55,395 nucleotides of DNA from Octopus bimaculoides (lineage: Eukaryota), in NCBI RefSeq assembly GCF_001194135.2, contig NC_068996.1:9443364-9498758 (forward strand). The letters run 5' to 3'. Made by a program: the position numbers and the translations under genes. Under the pieces are notes generated by a model. It made no database searches and was not told the DNA's origin. It worked only from the letters and a program-made list of their open reading frames with translations. Shown here piece after piece: positions 49,855 through 55,395 of this stretch; positions within the stretch are counted from its first letter, which is position 1; each line of letters begins with the position of its first letter.

Positions 49855-51025
49855 NNNNNNNNNNNNNNNNNNNNNNNNNNNNNNNNNNNNNNNNNNNNNN
49901 NNNNNNNNNNNNNNNNNNNNNNNNNNNNNNNNNNNNNNNNNNNNNNNNNNNNNNNNNNNNNNNNNNNNNNNNNNNNNNNNNNNNNNNNNNNNNNNNNNNN
50001 NNNNNNNNNNNNNNNNNNNNNNNNNNNNNNNNNNNNNNNNNNNNNNNNNNNNNNNNNNNNNNNNNNNNNNNNNNNNNNNNNNNNNNNNNNNNNNNNNNNN
50101 NNNNNNNNNNNNNNNNNNNNNNNNNNNNNNNNNNNNNNNNNNNNNNNNNNNNNNNNNNNNNNNNNNNNNNNNNNNNNNNNNNNNNNNNNNNNNNNNNNNN
50201 NNNNNNNNNNNNNNNNNNNNNNNNNNNNNNNNNNNNNNNNNNNNNNNNNNNNNNNNNNNNNNNNNNNNNNNNNNNNNNNNNNNNNNNNNNNNNNNNNNNN
50301 NNNNNNNNNNNNNNNNNNNNNNNNNNNNNNNNNNNNNNNNNNNNNNNNNNNNNNNNNNNNNNNNNNNNNNNNNNNNAAGTCCCTATGTCTGGGGATCATC
50401 TTTTGAAGAAAAAAACAAATTAACACCAACAATAGTAAATAAATAAAGAAAGAAATGGTATTGAACTACACCAAAATAAATCAATTGAATAATGAAAAAT
50501 AAATATTTTGACATTGGTTTATTAATTGTTTTTGAAATCATCTGTAAAACTTGGAAAAAAAAAAAATTATTATTCAAATACTGAAACAATGCTGGTATCA
50601 AAAAAAAAAAAAAACCCTTTGCCTGGTTGAGAAATTACAAATCTTCCAGAATCATATAAAAAAAAAAAAAGGCTCATTAGTAGAATGTGCTGTTCTCTAA
50701 TTAGCAGAAACTACCATTTACATTATCTACATTTTGGTTCTGTCATTTTGATCATAGATTAAATCATAATTGTTATTATTCAATATTTGATAGTTTCAGG
50801 CAATTTACTATAGAAAATTCCATGTTGTTGAGTGTGTGCAGCATTGTGTGCTTTTGTTTATTTTGTTGTTAGGGGGAGTACAAACTTTTCCCAGTCATTA
50901 TTATCATCACCATCATCATCATTATTATTATTATTATTATTATGCTTTTATCTTTATTCTTTTTTTATTAATTCCTTCCTGTTTTATATGTCTTGATGTT
51001 TTTGTAATTATTAAAAGTTTCTGTA

Positions 51026-51098
<73 letters not shown>

Positions 51099-51103
<5 letters not shown>

Positions 51104-52145
51104 GGTGTAACAGGTAAATTGGGACAATGGGTATATTTCTAATTGTATAGATTTTGTTGGAATCTAAATTCTAAATATTATCAGCTTGAATAATTACTTG
51201 TACTATTTAGTATTTCAGGTTGAACAAACTATGAATGTTAATAGAGAACTAAGGCATATAAGTGTACATGCCAAATTATTCCATACTGGCAAAGGTGCTG
51301 GGGTGATTGTTAGAGCCCCAAAGCATGCCAAATCTACTGTTTTTAGAGTTTTTGAATAAAAGTCAGAATGTTTAGAGAAAACCTTACAGTCCTCCTAGTG
51401 ACCGAAAACACACACCTTGCTTCTTAACAGGACTTGAAAGATCAATTGAGTCGACCCCACCAAAATCGATGGCGAAGTTGTCTCAAGATAAATGAATCAG
51501 TAAAATGACCATTTCTAGGGCTGTGAGACAAGATCGCCATATGAAATCATGTGTGAGGGGACACTGTAACATCCTAACTACCCACTCCAAAGACATTCGA
51601 GCTGAAAGAAGTTCCAAATTTCTTAGTCATCTGAAACAGCATGGCAGAGATGTCCGCATCTTTGCGGATGAAAAGAAGTTCATGATAGATGATGTTGCAA
51701 ATTGTCAAAATTCATGAGTGATAGTGTATGACCCTTCCCAAGTTCCTTCAGCTATGCATAGCAAGAATCCAGCTTCTGTTATGGTCTTTGGAGCTGTTGC
51801 AAGTGATGGGAAATTGATGCCTCCTCATTTTATTGAAGCGGTTCTTAAAATTGACACAGCAGAGTATCTCAAAATCTTAGAAGTTTTGTTGCCTTGGATT
51901 ACGAAGCATTACAATGCAAGTTGAGTCATGTTTGTACAGGACTCTGCACCAGCCCATTCTTTGAAAAGAATGAAAGAATTTTTGAAAAAGGAATTGCCCA
52001 TGTTTGTCCCTAAAGATCTCTGGCCCTCTAGCTCACCAGATTTGAATCCATGTGAGTTTTGGCTATGGAGCACAGCTGAAGCAATACCCAGTGCAATTTC
52101 TCACAACTGTGTGTCTTCACTGAAGGCTTTGATCAAGGTGCCATG
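51099..52145 (+). mobile_element. Tc1/mariner-superfamily (maT/DD37D-like) transposon relic, 3' end lost
   Basis: TIR-like CAGAGGGTGTAACAGGTAAATT at the end of a (CA)n tract. The interrupted frame contains IFADEKKF, VMVFGAV, FVQDSAPAH and WPSSSPDLNPCEFWLW, with 37 residues between the second D and the third acidic residue. Confidence 0.88.
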
Positions 52146-52213
52146 CTGAGAGACTAAACCCAGATCCATGTGGTTGGGAAGTAAGCTTCTTACACACAGC
52201 CACGCCTGCACCT
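52141..52213 (-). mobile_element. SINE family A head fragment at the truncation point of the maT relic
   Basis: ccatgtggttgggaagtaagcttcttacacacagccacgcctgcacct. Confidence 0.7.
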
Positions 52214-52685
52214 ATGTATAAATATTATGATTGCTTTAAATAATTGTTATCTTTTTAGTTTATTTTATCTAATTAATTTTTAAAAAATTATTTTTTAAAG
52301 TCCCAGCCAAATGTCTTTCAATTTTAGAGAAGTTTTGCAATGCATATGATAAGGTCTCACATATGTCATATATTTAGTAGATTAATTTCAATAACCTGAT
52401 GTTATTAAAAAAATCTGAAAACAAACAAGAGAGATAACTCTGATAAGATCAGATTATTGACATTTTGGGTAAGTATAGACAATACAAATGGGATTGGATC
52501 AAGTTTTTAAAGTCAACTTGTAAAAGCTTCAGAACTGTTTCAGTTTTATTTGCCCTCCTCAGTAAAACATATTCTACTCAGTTGGAAATATTAACAGTGA
52601 TCATTATGCATACACTCACACACGTGCACACACACACTCAAATATAGATACTCACACATAAATACTTACACACATATTCACATTC

Positions 52686-52716
<31 letters not shown>

Positions 52717-52914
52717 AAGGTGAGAATGTAGTGATGTTAATTTTGAATATGAGTAATATGACCGAGGGAAAATAACATTCTGCATACTAAATAGAAATAC
52801 TATTAAGTAAATTAAGTTGATGTAATCAACTTGATCCCTTTTGTCTGTCCTTGTTTGTCCCCGCTATGTTTAGCCCCTTGTGGGCAATAAAGAAATAAGA
52901 AATTATACCAAGAC

Positions 52915-53166
52915 AGACTTGGAACCCTGGCAGTTCTTCAGCTGGCCAGCTCATATCAAAATGTCCAACCCATGCTAGCATGGAAAATAGATGTTAAATG
53001 ATGATGATGATGATGATATATAAGGAGATGACTGAAGACTGGGATATCTGATGCATTGCTGTACTCAAGAAGACCCATCCACCACAGCAGAAATGGTATG
53101 GGTGCTGGTGCCATGTTAAAAGCAGCATTACACTCTAAGGAGTAGTTGCCATTAGGAATGGCATCC
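52915..53166 (+). mobile_element. Family B fragments
   Basis: tccaacccatgctagcatggaaaatagatgttaaatgatgatgat, and a second copy running into the gap. Confidence 0.65.
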
Positions 53167-54145
53167 NNNNNNNNNNNNNNNNNNNNNNNNNNNNNNNNNN
53201 NNNNNNNNNNNNNNNNNNNNNNNNNNNNNNNNNNNNNNNNNNNNNNNNNNNNNNNNNNNNNNNNNNNNNNNNNNNNNNNNNNNNNNNNNNNNNNNNNNNN
53301 NNNNNNNNNNNNNNNNNNNNNNNNNNNNNNNNNNNNNNNNNNNNNNNNNNNNNNNNNNNNNNNNNNNNNNNNNNNNNNNNNNNNNNNNNNNNNNNNNNNN
53401 NNNNNNNNNNNNNNNNNNNNNNNNNNNNNNNNNNNNNNNNNNNNNNNNNNNNNNNNNNNNNNNNNNNNNNNNNNNNNNNNNNNNNNNNNNNNNNNNNNNN
53501 NNNNNNNNNNNNNNNNNNNNNNNNNNNNNNNNNNNNNNNNNNNNNNNNNNNNNNNNNNNNNNNNNNNNNNNNNNNNNNNNNNNNNNNNNNNNNNNNNNNN
53601 NNNNNNNNNNNNNNNNNNNNNNNNNNNNNNNNNNNNNNNNNNNNNNNNNNNNNNNNNNNNNNNNNNNNNNNNNNNNNNNNNNNNNNNNNNNNNNNNNNNN
53701 NNNNNNNNNNNNNNNNNNNNNNNNNNNNNNNNNNNNNNNNNNNNNNNNNNNNNNNNNNNNNNNNNNNNNNNNNNNNNNNNNNNNNNNNNNNNNNNNNNNN
53801 NNNNNNNNNNNNNNNNNNNNNNNNNNNNNNNNNNNNNNNNNNNNNNNNNNNNNNNNNNNNNNNNNNNNNNNNNNNNNNNNNNNNNNNNNNNNNNNNNNNN
53901 NNNNNNNNNNNNNNNNNNNNNNNNNNNNNNNNNNNNNNNNNNNNNNNNNNNNNNNNNNNNNNNNNNNNNNNNNNNNNNNNNNNNNNNNNNNNNNNNNNNN
54001 NNNNNNNNNNNNNNNNNNNNNNNNNNNNNNNNNNNNNNNNNNNNNNNNNNNNNNNNNNNNNNNNNNNNNNNNNNNNNNNNNNNNNNNNNNNNNNNNNNNN
54101 NNNNNNNNNNNNNNNNNNNNNNNNNNNNNNNNNNNNNNNNNNNNN

Positions 54146-54305
54146 TATACACATATATACGACGGGCTTCTTTCAGTTTCCGTCTACCAAATCCACTCAC
54201 AAGGCTTTGGTTGGCTCGAGGCTATAGTAGAAGACACTTTCCCAAGATGCCACGCAGTGGGACTGAACCTGGAATCATGTGGTTCGTAAGCAAGCTTCTT
54301 ACCAT
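54146..54305 (-). mobile_element. SINE family A, 5' half
   Basis: acgacgggcttctttcagtttccgtctaccaaatccactcacaaggc. Confidence 0.85.
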
Positions 54306-55148
54306 ATATATATATATATATATATATATAATCTATGGACAAAGTTTTCCCTTAGGGATACTTACTGCAACATTTTGAAAACTTTGGGCTTATTTTTCAT
54401 ATGGAATGTGAGATAAATGATTTTAAAATGTGGAAAAGAGCAAATAAAAAATTGCTGTAAGACAAAAATGTTGGAGATCATAAAAAGAAATAAAAATCTA
54501 GGATAAGACGCAGACACAACCAGAATGGATGACATCCTGAAATGAAAAAAATCATATGGTTTTATGACCCCAGTTTCATTATTAGAATAGGGCAAGCTAT
54601 AACAATAACAGCAACAAGCAAAAAAAAAAAAATAATAATAATAAATAAAAGAAAGTGCAAACCACAAGAACAATAGAAATAAATTAAGTTCAGCAACATT
54701 AAACTTACTAATCATAATACTAATTAATACTTAATGAAATATTCTAAAATTGATTCAGTTGCAAGAAGACATAGAAAATTGAATTAAAAAACAGAAAAAC
54801 ATGTAACGAAGAAAATATTTTAAAATGAATACATACACCATAAAATATGAAACGGCTTTAAAAATGTTGACATTTTAGAAAGTAAATAATTTTTTCAGCA
54901 GTCTTGGTTTAATCATTATTGCTTCAGCTCAAATAATAAATAAACCATAAAATTATGGAGTTAAGGTGGGTGTTGGTGCTGGTGTAAAGAATTCCAAATT
55001 GCCTCACACAGAACCAAATATTATCGTGATGAAAGTTAATGGAATTCATCAATATAAATTAATCCACTTAATTAATGATGTTACTGAGGTATTAGCTCTA
55101 ATATGCAACTACAACAATTGTAAGAATATGTATACATACCAATATAAA

Positions 55149-55180
<32 letters not shown>

Positions 55181-55351
55181 ATATGTGTGTATGTGTGTTT
55201 GTATGTGTGTGTGTATATACACTGATTATATTACTTTTTGTTTATATATTTTAAGCACCTCTAGAAATAGGTCTTGCTTATTAAATGCATGAATAATCTA
55301 AATTTTTCAATTCACTACACTACACTATACATACATACACACATATATACA

Positions 55352-55395
<44 letters not shown>

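Overview
AT-rich, microsatellite- and SINE-saturated animal genomic DNA from a draft assembly with five N gaps. The repeat landscape points to an Octopus genome (inference). The only well-supported host coding sequence is the terminal exon of a Kruppel-like factor (5987-6159, +; zinc fingers 2 and 3 plus stop), preceded by intron and followed by poly(A) signals. The remaining ~49 kb carries at least five SINE or SINE-like families, relic mariner and maT-type transposases, an R4/Dong-type LINE endonuclease fragment, an RTE-like LINE 3' end encoding three C2H2 fingers, hAT- and piggyBac-type MITEs, several long hairpins and several Penelope-like (PLE) repeats. The most striking signal is RNA-level. 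A near-canonical type I hammerhead ribozyme lies on the minus strand at 23218-23292, inside a direct-plus-inverted repeat with PLE architecture. A dispersed family of minimal hammerhead-like motifs with a non-canonical core also occurs. Repeat boundaries are estimated by eye, and family names are working labels (A-F), not database assignments.
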